DNA of 32,000 nt from an uncultured delta proteobacterium (GTDB lineage: Bacteria; Myxococcota_A; Polyangia; Polyangiales; Polyangiaceae), in the NCBI GenBank assembly GCA_963781505.1, contig CAWAHB010000038.1, positions 17,388 through 49,387 on the forward strand. The letters are read 5' to 3'. The notes beneath the pieces were generated by a model. The model saw nothing but the letters and a program-made list of their open reading frames with translations, did no database searches and had not been told where the DNA came from. Shown piece after piece: positions 18,949-26,144 of this stretch (positions are counted from its first letter, which is position 1; the number at the start of each line of letters is the position of its first letter). Position numbers and translations under genes: made by a program.

Positions 18949-18967
18949 TGTGGGAAATTGTGGCAGG
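18949..18967 (+). repeat. pair of TGTGG-core 9-mers 10 nt apart (weak DnaA-box-like)
   Basis: TGTGGGAAA (18949-18957) has 2 mismatches to TGTGGATAA. TGTGGCAGG (18959-18967) has 4 mismatches. Both share the orientation of the 19156-19187 triplet. Confidence 0.3.
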
Positions 18968-19040
18968 GCGGCAATCAATGCAAGTTCTTGCCATTCAACT
19001 CAATTGGCAATCACGTATTCAATCAAACAAACTAATCAAA

Positions 19041-19049
19041 TGATATAAA
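19041..19049 (+). promoter_or_regulatory. candidate extended -10 promoter element (TGaTATAAA) in the AT-rich tract
   Basis: TG at 19041-19042 and TATAAA at 19044-19049 fit the extended -10 pattern TGnTATAAT in 8 of 9 positions. There is no convincing -35. This rests on pattern match only. Confidence 0.25.
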
Positions 19050-19155
19050 AGGTGAGTCGCTGAATGGGGCTCAGGGTGGCGTCTGCATAAAAACTCAATA
19101 AAAACAATAGTTTCAAGAGATGCGCGAGCTCCGCATCTACGCGTCCGGGAAAGCT

Positions 19156-19187
19156 TGTGGATTAGTTGTGGGGCAACTTGTGGATAA
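19156..19187 (+). repeat. three phased TTGTGG-core repeats, including one perfect DnaA-box 9-mer
   Basis: The three 9-mers are TGTGGATTA (19156-19164, 1 mismatch), TGTGGGGCA (19167-19175, 3 mismatches) and TGTGGATAA (19179-19187). The third is an exact reverse complement of the TTATCCACA consensus. Start-to-start spacing is 11 and 12 nt, all in one orientation. The 12-mers CTTGTGGATTAG and CTTGTGGATAAG differ at one base. Confidence 0.45.
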
Positions 19188-19188
19188 G

Positions 19189-19213
19189 AAAATCGCATCT
19201 GGCAGCGATTTTT
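19189..19213 (+). terminator. weak hairpin plus T-run (possible small terminator or bidirectional hairpin)
   Basis: AAAATCGC (19189-19196) pairs with GCGATTTT (19205-19212) around an 8-nt loop, followed by T at 19213. The stem is AT-rich and symmetric, so strand and function are uncertain. Confidence 0.3.
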
Positions 19214-19259
19214 AGTTGCATAGAAGCTCGACCTCGACCATATATCGACCTCGGAAGTT

Positions 19260-21196
19260 CGCGGCACATCTGCCAGCGAGCGACCGATTCGTTGAGATTT
19301 TCAGGAGCGCCGTGCGCGCTGCTCGGTCTGTGGGTCGCAAGCCCACGGCAGGGTGGCCGTCACCGCCGGTCGAGTCGGGTGACCCGTCAAGGTCGCCAGG
19401 GTTGGCCGAGTGAAAAAGGCGCGAGGGTCGTTTTCCCATCTCCCGCCTCTTTCAAGAATGCGGGGGGCCAAATGGGAACGCCCCGGTCTGGCGGAAGTTA
19501 GCGCCTCCGCCCGGGCTTCCTGGAATTTCGAAGGCACCCTGGCTTTCACGAACACCTCACCCATTCGCGTGGGCGGTGGAACTGAAGGTCTCGGCTGGCC
19601 GGCTCGACGCCTGGATCCCTTCAGGTCCAGCCCGGGAGCAGGTTAGCGACAACGGGTGCACGGAGAATGGCCGAGTTGGCCTCTTGCGCCGCAGCGCGCA
19701 TGTGCTGACTCACTGTTCTTCGGCCGGCACGGCAGGCACCTTCGGGGTGCCAGTCGGGGTTTCTCGAGAGAGAGGTCTCGGCGTCGTGCCGCTCGCAGCC
19801 CGCACGGCTTCGGTCAGCGGGCGGCGGAGCGAGTGAAAGCTCAATCCGTGCGAGGAGTCATCGCTTGTTGGTGTGCTCGGGCTCGCGTTGAAAAGGTTGC
19901 AGAATTCGGTGAGCAGCGTCTGGCTCAAGAAGCGAACCTCGGTTGCGGCTGAGGTGAGCAGACGGGGTCTAGCTCTGCGCGACTAATACCCGCGCCAGGG
20001 CGAAAGGAATGCTGAGAGCTACACCACTTCGGGAAGTCTCCGGAGTGGGAACGTAGCGAAGGGCCTGAGAAGGGTCCCTCATCGGAGGAAGGCGCTTCGG
20101 GTCGCTTACAGCCGTCGGAAGTCACGCTCTATGGCGGTGCGGCGATCTCGATCGTTCGAGTCGAGTTGGCAGAGATGCTGGCAGAGCTTGGGCGGTGACA
20201 GAAGCGTCAGAGGCAAAGGCGCCAAGCGGCGAATCGAGGCAGAAAACGCTCGACTCGACGTGAAGGTGGTCAGCCGAAGCGAGCGATTGCGGCGTGAACC
20301 GCATCGTTCATCGACCCACACGGGGGAAACCCCGCAAGCGGGAATCGGTAGCCGCGCGAAGCACCGGGTGCTCATCTTTGAAATGTAGGATTGCAAACGT
20401 CGGCCGGACGTATCTCTGGCCATGGCTGCTCGTCACCGAAAGGTACGAATCCAGACCGTGGTCTAGCTCGACCAGAACCGAGGCATCGTTGACGCGATGT
20501 CGTGGAAGATCAGTAGAGCGAATGGGTACGCGAAGCTCTTTATCTCGCGTGAACAACCGGGTGAAGAGCATCGACTTGCGAAGAAACCCTTCGTGAGCTC
20601 AAGGTACGACAAAGGCGTTCTGGGTCGTGAGCAGTGTCGTTCTTAATCCGTTCGGCACCAGCGCGGTCCCTGATCGCATGGGTCAATGCGGTTTCGACCG
20701 GTCATACGCGCAAGCGGGTGGTCAGTCGGGATTCGAGCAGCCGGTGATGGGAGCCTGAGGTCTCATCGACGGTGTCCGTGCGACGACAGAGAACGTCAGA
20801 GGCTGGGTAATCGTTTGGTGAAGGCTCCTCCAGTTGAAGAAACGCGGGGGGTCAGCATCCGTGGTGTTGTCGGAAGGCAGCCACGCCGAGGTCCCTGTGG
20901 GCGCGAGCCGGCAGAAAACCAATGGACGGTGCATCAACGAAACTCTACGCCGAAGCTAGTAAGGGCTAACGACCCTACTACTGCGCCAGGCCAAGTCAGC
21001 GCGAAACTGTGCGGGCCTGGAATTGCGGAGCCTACATTGAGGCGATGATGCCATGACGACCGCTTGCAAGCGGCGTGGTGGCGGCTGGTGATAGCAAAAG
21101 CTGAAACATGCTCGGGGAGTGTTCCTCCCACCACCAGCAATCAAAATCGTGACTTCCCAAGGCCGATCCGGGTGACCGGGTCGGCCTTGTTTTTTT
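19260..21196 (+). ncRNA. candidate large structured non-coding RNA region (unclassified); the 5' boundary is not defined
   Basis: No ORF longer than ~120 codons exists in any frame. GC is about 53-63% by hand counts. The region contains many GC-rich hairpins, including a CGGGG-GAAA-CCCCG hairpin, plus a nested three-helix domain at 20153-20260. It ends at a canonical plus-strand intrinsic terminator. No match to any RNA family I can recognise by eye. Confidence 0.3.
21159..21196 (+). terminator. Rho-independent terminator, plus strand
   Basis: A 13-bp stem pairs AAGGCCGATCCGG (21159-21171) with CCGGGTCGGCCTT (21176-21188), with one T-G wobble. The loop is a GTGA tetraloop. It is followed by G and then seven T (21190-21196). 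On the minus strand no T-run follows the hairpin, so it is plus-oriented. Confidence 0.8.
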
Positions 21197-21265
21197 GTCT
21201 CGCGAAGCGAAGGACCTGCCACATGCTCAGACGGCAAAGGCCAGACCGAGGCGGCTGATCCGCCC

Positions 21266-21771
21266 TCAGTGCACAGTCTGCTCCTCCAAGCAGTCGACCT
21301 TGCCCGCGGCGCGGTTCGGGCTTCGAAGGCAGACGCTGTACGCTCGGGCGCGTCGCTTGCCGATCTCGGACGTGGTCACCTGCTCGTACCGCGACATGAG
21401 CTCGACGGACTCGTCGATCTCCCCCACGTGGTCGAGGGCGACAGCAACGTGGAACAGCGACACGTCGCGGCATAGGATGGCGTAGACCCGACGAAACGCG
21501 TCCAGGGCGTCGGGCCAGCGCTTTTCCTGAAGGGCGCGGAGCGCGTCGGCCTGGATGCGCTTGGCCTCTTCGAGCTGTGATGGGTCCTCGCTCTTTTTGC
21601 AGTCCGAGGTCGGAGCTGGAACCTTCGGGGAAGGGGGCGTCCCTCTGGTTGGATGTTTTTCGGTAGCCACGGGAATTTGGACGACGGGGCCCGTCGGCTG
21701 GGGGAAGGAGCCGATCCGCAGCCCACGAGCATCAGCACCCAGAGGAAATCCACTCGACGCCGCTTTGTCAT
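21266..21771 (-). CDS. TPR-like lipoprotein; one frame change near 21711-21718
   Basis: ATG at 21771 gives MTKRRRVDFLWVLMLVGCGS (lipobox), in the frame of ORF 21376..21852(-). The sensible continuation is in the frame of ORF 21266..21802(-): GSFPQPTGPVVQIPVATEKH...CKKSEDPSQLEEAKRIQADALRALQEKRWPDALDAFRRVYAIL. The ATG overlaps the kinase stop as ATGA at 21768-21771. Confidence 0.6.
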
Positions 21772-23375
21772 GCCACCGCCACGGTCGTGGCTTCCACGGC
21801 ACCGGGAGCGCGAGACCGCGAAGGATGACAAGCTCGCCAACTTTTCCACCACTCCTCTGCGGAAGCGGCGGGCCAGGGATGCCCGGCGGTCAGCTCGGCA
21901 AGTCGAGCCTCGAGGGCACTGGCGCTCGCGGGTCGATCGGAGGGCTCCTTGGCCAGGCAGGCGAGAATCGTGCGCTCGAGCTCATCGGGTAGGTCTTCGC
22001 CACGACGGATCGAGGGTCGCTCGGGCGGGGTGTGCAGGTGATGAGCGCACACCTCCATGATCGTCTTGCCTGCGAAGACCGGGCCTCCCGTGAGCAAGAA
22101 GTATCCGACGCCGCCGAGGCCATACAGATCCGCACGGCCGTCGAGGCTGTCGGGTGAAACGATCATCTCGGGCGCCAGGTACGCCGGAGTGCCGGTGATC
22201 GTGTCCGCTCGAGTCACCGTGGCGTCGGCCGGAGCTTCGAGTTGTTTCACCAACCCGAAGTCCACCACCTTGACCACGTCGAAGATCCCACCGCGCTCGC
22301 AGAGCAGGATGTTCGCGGGCTTCACGTCTCGGTGGATCAGGCCCACGTGGTGCGCCTCGCCGAGAGCTCCCGCCACCTGACGCAAGATGTGGATGACGCG
22401 CTCGGGGGGTTGGGGGCCGTCGGCGTCAACGAGGTCCTCCAGGGACAGGCCGTCGACGTACTCCATCGCATAATAAAAGACGCCGCTCGTGGTGCGCCCA
22501 TAGTCGTAGACCGCGATCGTGTTCGGATGGGTGAGGAGGCTCGTGAGCTGCACTTCGCGCTCGAATCGAGCGAGGCTCGCCGTGCCGGCGCGGTCGGGCG
22601 GCAAAAGCTTCACTGCGGTCGGGCGTCGGAGCATTGCGTGCTGCGCGAGGTACACCGCCCCCATTCCGCCTTCGCCGAGCTTCTCGCCGAGAGTGTACTG
22701 TCCGAGTCGGAGCGCCTGCTCGACCTGGCGCTGCAGGCCATACACGACCCGAGAGGTGGCGTTCGTCACGCCGGCGATGACGATGCCCCACATCACACAA
22801 CCGAAAATCACGATGCCGGGCGTGAGTGGGTAGGGGAGGGACGAGCTTCGTGTCGTATAGACAGCGAGCGCGCCGAGCGAGAGCGTGGCAAGGAGCGCAA
22901 TCGTGGTGGTGCGACGAGGTGGGCTCGGAACCAGTGCTGCGCGCAGGCCGAGCGAGAGCAGCGTCGCCAAGACAGCGATGAGCTCGGCGGCGTAGCCGAG
23001 GGGGACCGTGGCGACGGCTATGTGGGCCATGAGCACCGTTCCGAGCGCGAATCCCGTATCCAGGAAGCGAAGGGTCGGCAGGGAAAATCGACGGCGCCGG
23101 AGTACGAGCCAGAGGCCTCCGCTGACCACGCCGGCGCCGACGTTGAGCAATTTTGCCGGATGGAGGTGAGTGGAGATGAGCATCTCCGGGACGAAGATCG
23201 CGACCAGCACGAACCCCGCGACGTAGAGCCACACCGACACCACGAGCATCAAGCGGGCGAAAACCGCGAGCCGTTCCTGGAGGAGGTCCGTCGATTCCGT
23301 GCTCGAACTGGGGCTCCCCAGGGCATGAGCCACCGTCATGCCGTCGAGGAGCGATGGATCGCGCGGGTCGGCCAT
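21768..23375 (-). CDS. Ser/Thr protein kinase with N-terminal polytopic membrane domain
   Basis: 3' part of ORF 21768..24467(-), from ATG 23375 (MADPRDPSLLDG). About 6-7 predicted TM helices precede the Hanks kinase motifs: GEGGMGAVYLAQH, AVKLL, HRDVKPANILL, DFGLVK and GTPAYLAPE. It is 535 aa and intact. Confidence 0.85.
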   Translation of the reverse strand: MADPRDPSLLDGMTVAHALGSPSSSTESTDLLQERLAVFARLMLVVSVWLYVAGFVLVAIFVPEMLISTHLHPAKLLNVGAGVVSGGLWLVLRRRRFSLPTLRFLDTGFALGTVLMAHIAVATVPLGYAAELIAVLATLLSLGLRAALVPSPPRRTTTIALLATLSLGALAVYTTRSSSLPYPLTPGIVIFGCVMWGIVIAGVTNATSRVVYGLQRQVEQALRLGQYTLGEKLGEGGMGAVYLAQHAMLRRPTAVKLLPPDRAGTASLARFEREVQLTSLLTHPNTIAVYDYGRTTSGVFYYAMEYVDGLSLEDLVDADGPQPPERVIHILRQVAGALGEAHHVGLIHRDVKPANILLCERGGIFDVVKVVDFGLVKQLEAPADATVTRADTITGTPAYLAPEMIVSPDSLDGRADLYGLGGVGYFLLTGGPVFAGKTIMEVCAHHLHTPPERPSIRRGEDLPDELERTILACLAKEPSDRPASASALEARLAELTAGHPWPAASAEEWWKSWRACHPSRSRAPGAVEATTVAVA

Positions 23376-23445
23376 CGAACGCCGAATACTCGTGCGAGGG
23401 CCCGCGCGATGGCAAGCGCTCAGCGCGAGGCGCGGGAAAGGCCGC

Positions 23446-24467
23446 TCAGGGTGCGTCGGGCGGAGGAGGCAGCACGACCACGCAACCCGACGGCGTCGCG
23501 CTGGCGGTGTAGGAGTTCTGCGCTGGGTAGGCGTAGCCGAACAGGATGCACATCTCGTTGTCGCCGATGCCCTCGTGCGATCGCCTTGTTGAAGGTGTTC
23601 TTCCACGTGCAGCCGAACCGGACCCCGTAGCCCTGAGAAATGTCCACTGGCGGGTCGTAGCTCTGGATGTCGGTGTACTCGTCGTAGCCTTCGATCATCG
23701 AGCCAGTGCTCGCCGTCGCGCGGTCCGCCGAAGTACGTGACCTCGAAGCGGGTGCCGAGGGCATGCATGTGGGGCATGGCATCGACGATGTGCATCGGTT
23801 CGTACATGGTGCACTCGGCGCTCTCGGTGTGCTCGCTGAGCGGCGGGATCTCGAACTTGTCGAGCGTCCAGGCGAACGGCCCGACCTCGTCGACCAAGTC
23901 TTCTTCCGGAATCGTGTACCAGTGGTACTCGGGGCGGACGGTCACTTTCTTCTGAGACACGTTGAGATAGTGCATGCGGGCCACGATCTCGTAGCCATCC
24001 TTGACCCGGTACGCGTAGCCCGGGGGAAAGCGATGCCACTCGGTGCCGATGAGCTGGGTCGATGAACCGAAGAGCACGGCTCCACCGTGGAAGATGTCGC
24101 CGGCCTCGCCACCGAACACGCCGGGGTTGTCTTCCGGCGGGCACGGGCGGATGCCTTCACCGGTCTTCTTGCGCGTGGTGACGTTGCCGTGATGCATGCC
24201 TTCGCTGGTGGTCACCGAACCGGCAGCCACGAAGTGCGATGGTCCCGTGAGCTCGAGCGGGAAGATGTAGCAAGGCAGGAGCTCTTCCCCCGGCTCCATC
24301 GTGATGCTGGGGATTTGGATTGAGAAGCCTCCCACGGTGTTCTCGGGAGCCTCCTGGGGAGGAGTGAATCCGTGAGGACCTGGGTCGCTCGACTCGTCGG
24401 TCGAGCTTCCACAGCCGGCCAGTGCCAGGCAGACAAGCGCACCGATGGAGGCGTGGCTCGAGCCCAT
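23446..24467 (-). CDS. lipoprotein resembling copper type II ascorbate-dependent monooxygenases (PHM/DBH-like); two frame changes
   Basis: ATG at 24467 gives MGSSHASIGALVCLALAGCGSS (lipobox). His motifs GMHHGNV and MPHMHALGTRF are present. After GEHWL the frame shifts (~23693-23708) to SMIEGYDEYTDIQSYDPPVDISQGYGVRFGCTWKNTFNKAIA. It shifts again at the CCC run 23570-23572 to GIGDNEMCILFGYAYPAQNSYTASATPSGCVVVLPPPPDAP, with its stop at 23446-23448. The HH, HxH and EMC spacing is the PHM/DBH copper-site pattern. Confidence 0.7.
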
Positions 24468-24512
24468 GAGGTTAGGGTACCGACGGGCGGGGCCCAGTCA
24501 ACTTACGCCCTC

Positions 24513-26099
24513 CTAAAAGCGAGCAACTGCGCCCAGCGACAGGACGTTGGCGTGCTGGGTGATCTTGCCGCCGTTCACCGCGTGATAGCTGCGAAACCCG
24601 GATTCCGGGGGCGAGCCGGCGATGGCGCGAAGCTTTCCGTTGCCCCCGTTGTCGAGGCCCGCGTTCCAGATGTGCTGGTAGCCGAATTCCAGATCGACCC
24701 GTTGCACGCGAAACACGACTCCCCCGCCAAAACCGCCGCGGAGAGCCGGAACGCCGGTCACGCTCAGGTACTCGTCGTCGACGGCAGACGACTCGATCCA
24801 GGTGCCAGCGCGCAGGCCCAACAGGTTCCTCATCGCGTTCCACTGACCGCCGAGTCGGGCGCCAAACGAATCTTTCCAGCCGGTCGGGCGATCCGCGTTG
24901 ACGGGCACGGTACCGGGAAGGCCGAGCACGTTGATGCTTTCGTGGAAGCGGATCTCGGCGACGTTGCCCGCGCTGTTGTTCGCCCAGGAGAGGTCCAGCT
25001 CGGCGTCGTAGAGATCGTCGCGGAGCGGATCACGACTCGGGTGGGGATCCTTGCGGTAGTGCTCGGTCTCGAGCGGCGTGGGTGCACCCCGGGGAACGTG
25101 CCAGCGCGCTCCGATGCGCGCTTCCATGGGAATGGCGAGGGTGATCTTGGCGGCGTTCTTCCCGACCTGGTCCTCGCTCCGCGTGATGTCGGCGCAACCC
25201 GAGGACGGATCGTCCGCGGTCTGCCCGGAGTACGCGCACACTTCGCGTTTGGCTCCCTGCGCCGTGTAGTACGGCGCCAGCACCGTCAGGTCGCCCTTCG
25301 CCTTGATCTTGTCGCTGTAGCGATACCAAGCGGCCAGATCGATGTTGTCGGTTGCCTCCATCAGCGCGCTCACCACGAAGCCCGGCACGAACAGGTCCTT
25401 CGCCTTGATCTCGCTGCGCGTGTCCTGCAAGAGATCGTCCTTGTCGTTGGGCGGGGCCTGCACGTTGCTCATCGACATCGAGCGAACTTCCAGAATCGCC
25501 AGGCCCGCCACGAAGCCCGCTCCTACGTGGAACTTCGGCGTGATCGAGTAGCCCACTGCCAGCGTGGGAAACAGGATCGTGCCCTTGGTTTTGATCGACA
25601 GGTAGCGTTGCGGCGCGGGGATCGGCTGGCGATCTTTGACGGGTACGAGGTCGGGCCACTCGAGCATGCCGTAGGACGAAGGCGGTACGACGGTGAGACC
25701 GATGCCGAGGCTATCCGAAGCACGCCACGTGAATCCGATGTTCGGAATCAGGTTCGGCTGTCCGGAGTTTTTGTTGCAGGTCTCGGGATAAGTGACGCCC
25801 TGCGAGGTGAGGCCCTGGGTCGGACCGATCTCTTCGCCGTTGGGGCCCCGCCGCTCGTAACAGATCTTCTGGATCGGAAGATTCATCCCGAGCTGAAAGC
25901 CGGTCGGCTGTCGGGCGAGCGCTGCGGGATTGTAGAAGCCGGCGATGGGATCGGTGGCTGTCGCGAGCCATGCGCCACCCCGGGACATTTGGGCCGTGCC
26001 GTTGTCCGCGAACTCCAGAGCGCTCGTCGCCTGCGCTCGCAGAGCGACCCCGAGCGTTCCGAGGGCCAAGAGACCCGCCACTCTGCGTACGCGTTTCAC
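24513..26099 (-). CDS. outer-membrane transport beta-barrel, OmpP1/FadL/TodX family-like
   Basis: ORF 24513..26099(-), GTG start. The signal is MKRVRRVAGLLALGTLGVALRAQA. The N-terminal FADNGTAQMSRGGAWLATATDPIAGFYNPAAL is typical of FadL-like proteins. The sequence has alternating beta-strand character and a C-terminal Phe. It is intact at 528 aa. Confidence 0.8.
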   Translation of the reverse strand: MKRVRRVAGLLALGTLGVALRAQATSALEFADNGTAQMSRGGAWLATATDPIAGFYNPAALARQPTGFQLGMNLPIQKICYERRGPNGEEIGPTQGLTSQGVTYPETCNKNSGQPNLIPNIGFTWRASDSLGIGLTVVPPSSYGMLEWPDLVPVKDRQPIPAPQRYLSIKTKGTILFPTLAVGYSITPKFHVGAGFVAGLAILEVRSMSMSNVQAPPNDKDDLLQDTRSEIKAKDLFVPGFVVSALMEATDNIDLAAWYRYSDKIKAKGDLTVLAPYYTAQGAKREVCAYSGQTADDPSSGCADITRSEDQVGKNAAKITLAIPMEARIGARWHVPRGAPTPLETEHYRKDPHPSRDPLRDDLYDAELDLSWANNSAGNVAEIRFHESINVLGLPGTVPVNADRPTGWKDSFGARLGGQWNAMRNLLGLRAGTWIESSAVDDEYLSVTGVPALRGGFGGGVVFRVQRVDLEFGYQHIWNAGLDNGGNGKLRAIAGSPPESGFRSYHAVNGGKITQHANVLSLGAVARF

Positions 26100-26144
26100 C
26101 GTTTTTCCCGCCGCCGCCTAAAAGAGCAAGGGGCGGGCAAAAAA

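Noticed and set aside
19228-19253. Direct repeat CGACCTCG ... CGACCTCG flanking ATATAT, considered as a dif/Xer-type or att-type site given the convergent gene orientation around the island.
   Set aside because: Xer sites are imperfect inverted repeats around a 6-8-nt spacer with an ATAA/TTAT signature. This is a direct repeat and does not match that pattern.
19621-19642. SRP RNA domain IV-like string TCAGGTCCAGCCCGGGAGCAGG.
   Set aside because: It lacks the conserved GGUCCGGAAGGAAGCAGCC core with its GGAA tetraloop, and the surrounding sequence does not form the long 4.5S hairpin.
19410-19646. ORF 19410..19646(+) contains TLAFTNTSPIRVGGG, superficially like the glycine-rich loop of CRISPR RAMP proteins.
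   Set aside because: It is an isolated short motif in a 78-aa ORF with poor coding character. There are no cas genes and no repeat-spacer array anywhere in the window.
20131-20388. ORF 20131..20388(+) contains IEAENARL, reminiscent of the leucine-zipper region of IS3-family OrfA transposases.
   Set aside because: The match is a single 8-aa string. The flanking translation is R/S-rich nonsense in all frames, and I saw no DDE motif and no terminal inverted repeats.
20441-20466. tRNA T-arm-like GGTACGAATCCAGACC.
   Set aside because: The 5' side (AAAGG) cannot pair with CCAGA, and no acceptor, D or anticodon arms can be drawn. I found no tRNA gene anywhere in the window.
20320-20720. RNase P RNA-like strings (GGGGGAAACCCC and CGCGCAAGCGGG resemble pieces of the E. 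coli M1 RNA).
   Set aside because: The universally conserved P4 elements (GGAAAGUCCGG and ACAGAAxxCGGCUUA) are absent from both strands of the island. The resemblance is just generic tetraloop hairpins.
20921-21140. tmRNA-like impression. GCTAACGAC (an Ala-Asn-Asp-like tag start) occurs near 20966 and ...CGAAGCTAGTAA (double stop) near 20950. CCCACCACCAGC lies close to the strong terminator.
   Set aside because: No reading frame gives a tag ending in the usual ALAA-type C-terminus before a stop. I found no tRNA-like acceptor or T-arm: GGGAG-TGTTC-CTCCC has a 5-nt loop without the TTCRA motif. No 5' GGGG...TTCGAC segment pairs with the 3' end.
19312-21150. Group II intron hypothesis (GTGCG at 19312-19316, a long ORF-free structured segment).
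   Set aside because: I could not find a domain V-like 34-nt hairpin with the AGC triad and GNRA loop near the 3' end. No reverse-transcriptase remnant (no YxDD-type motif in any frame) is present. The boundaries do not interrupt any recognisable host gene.
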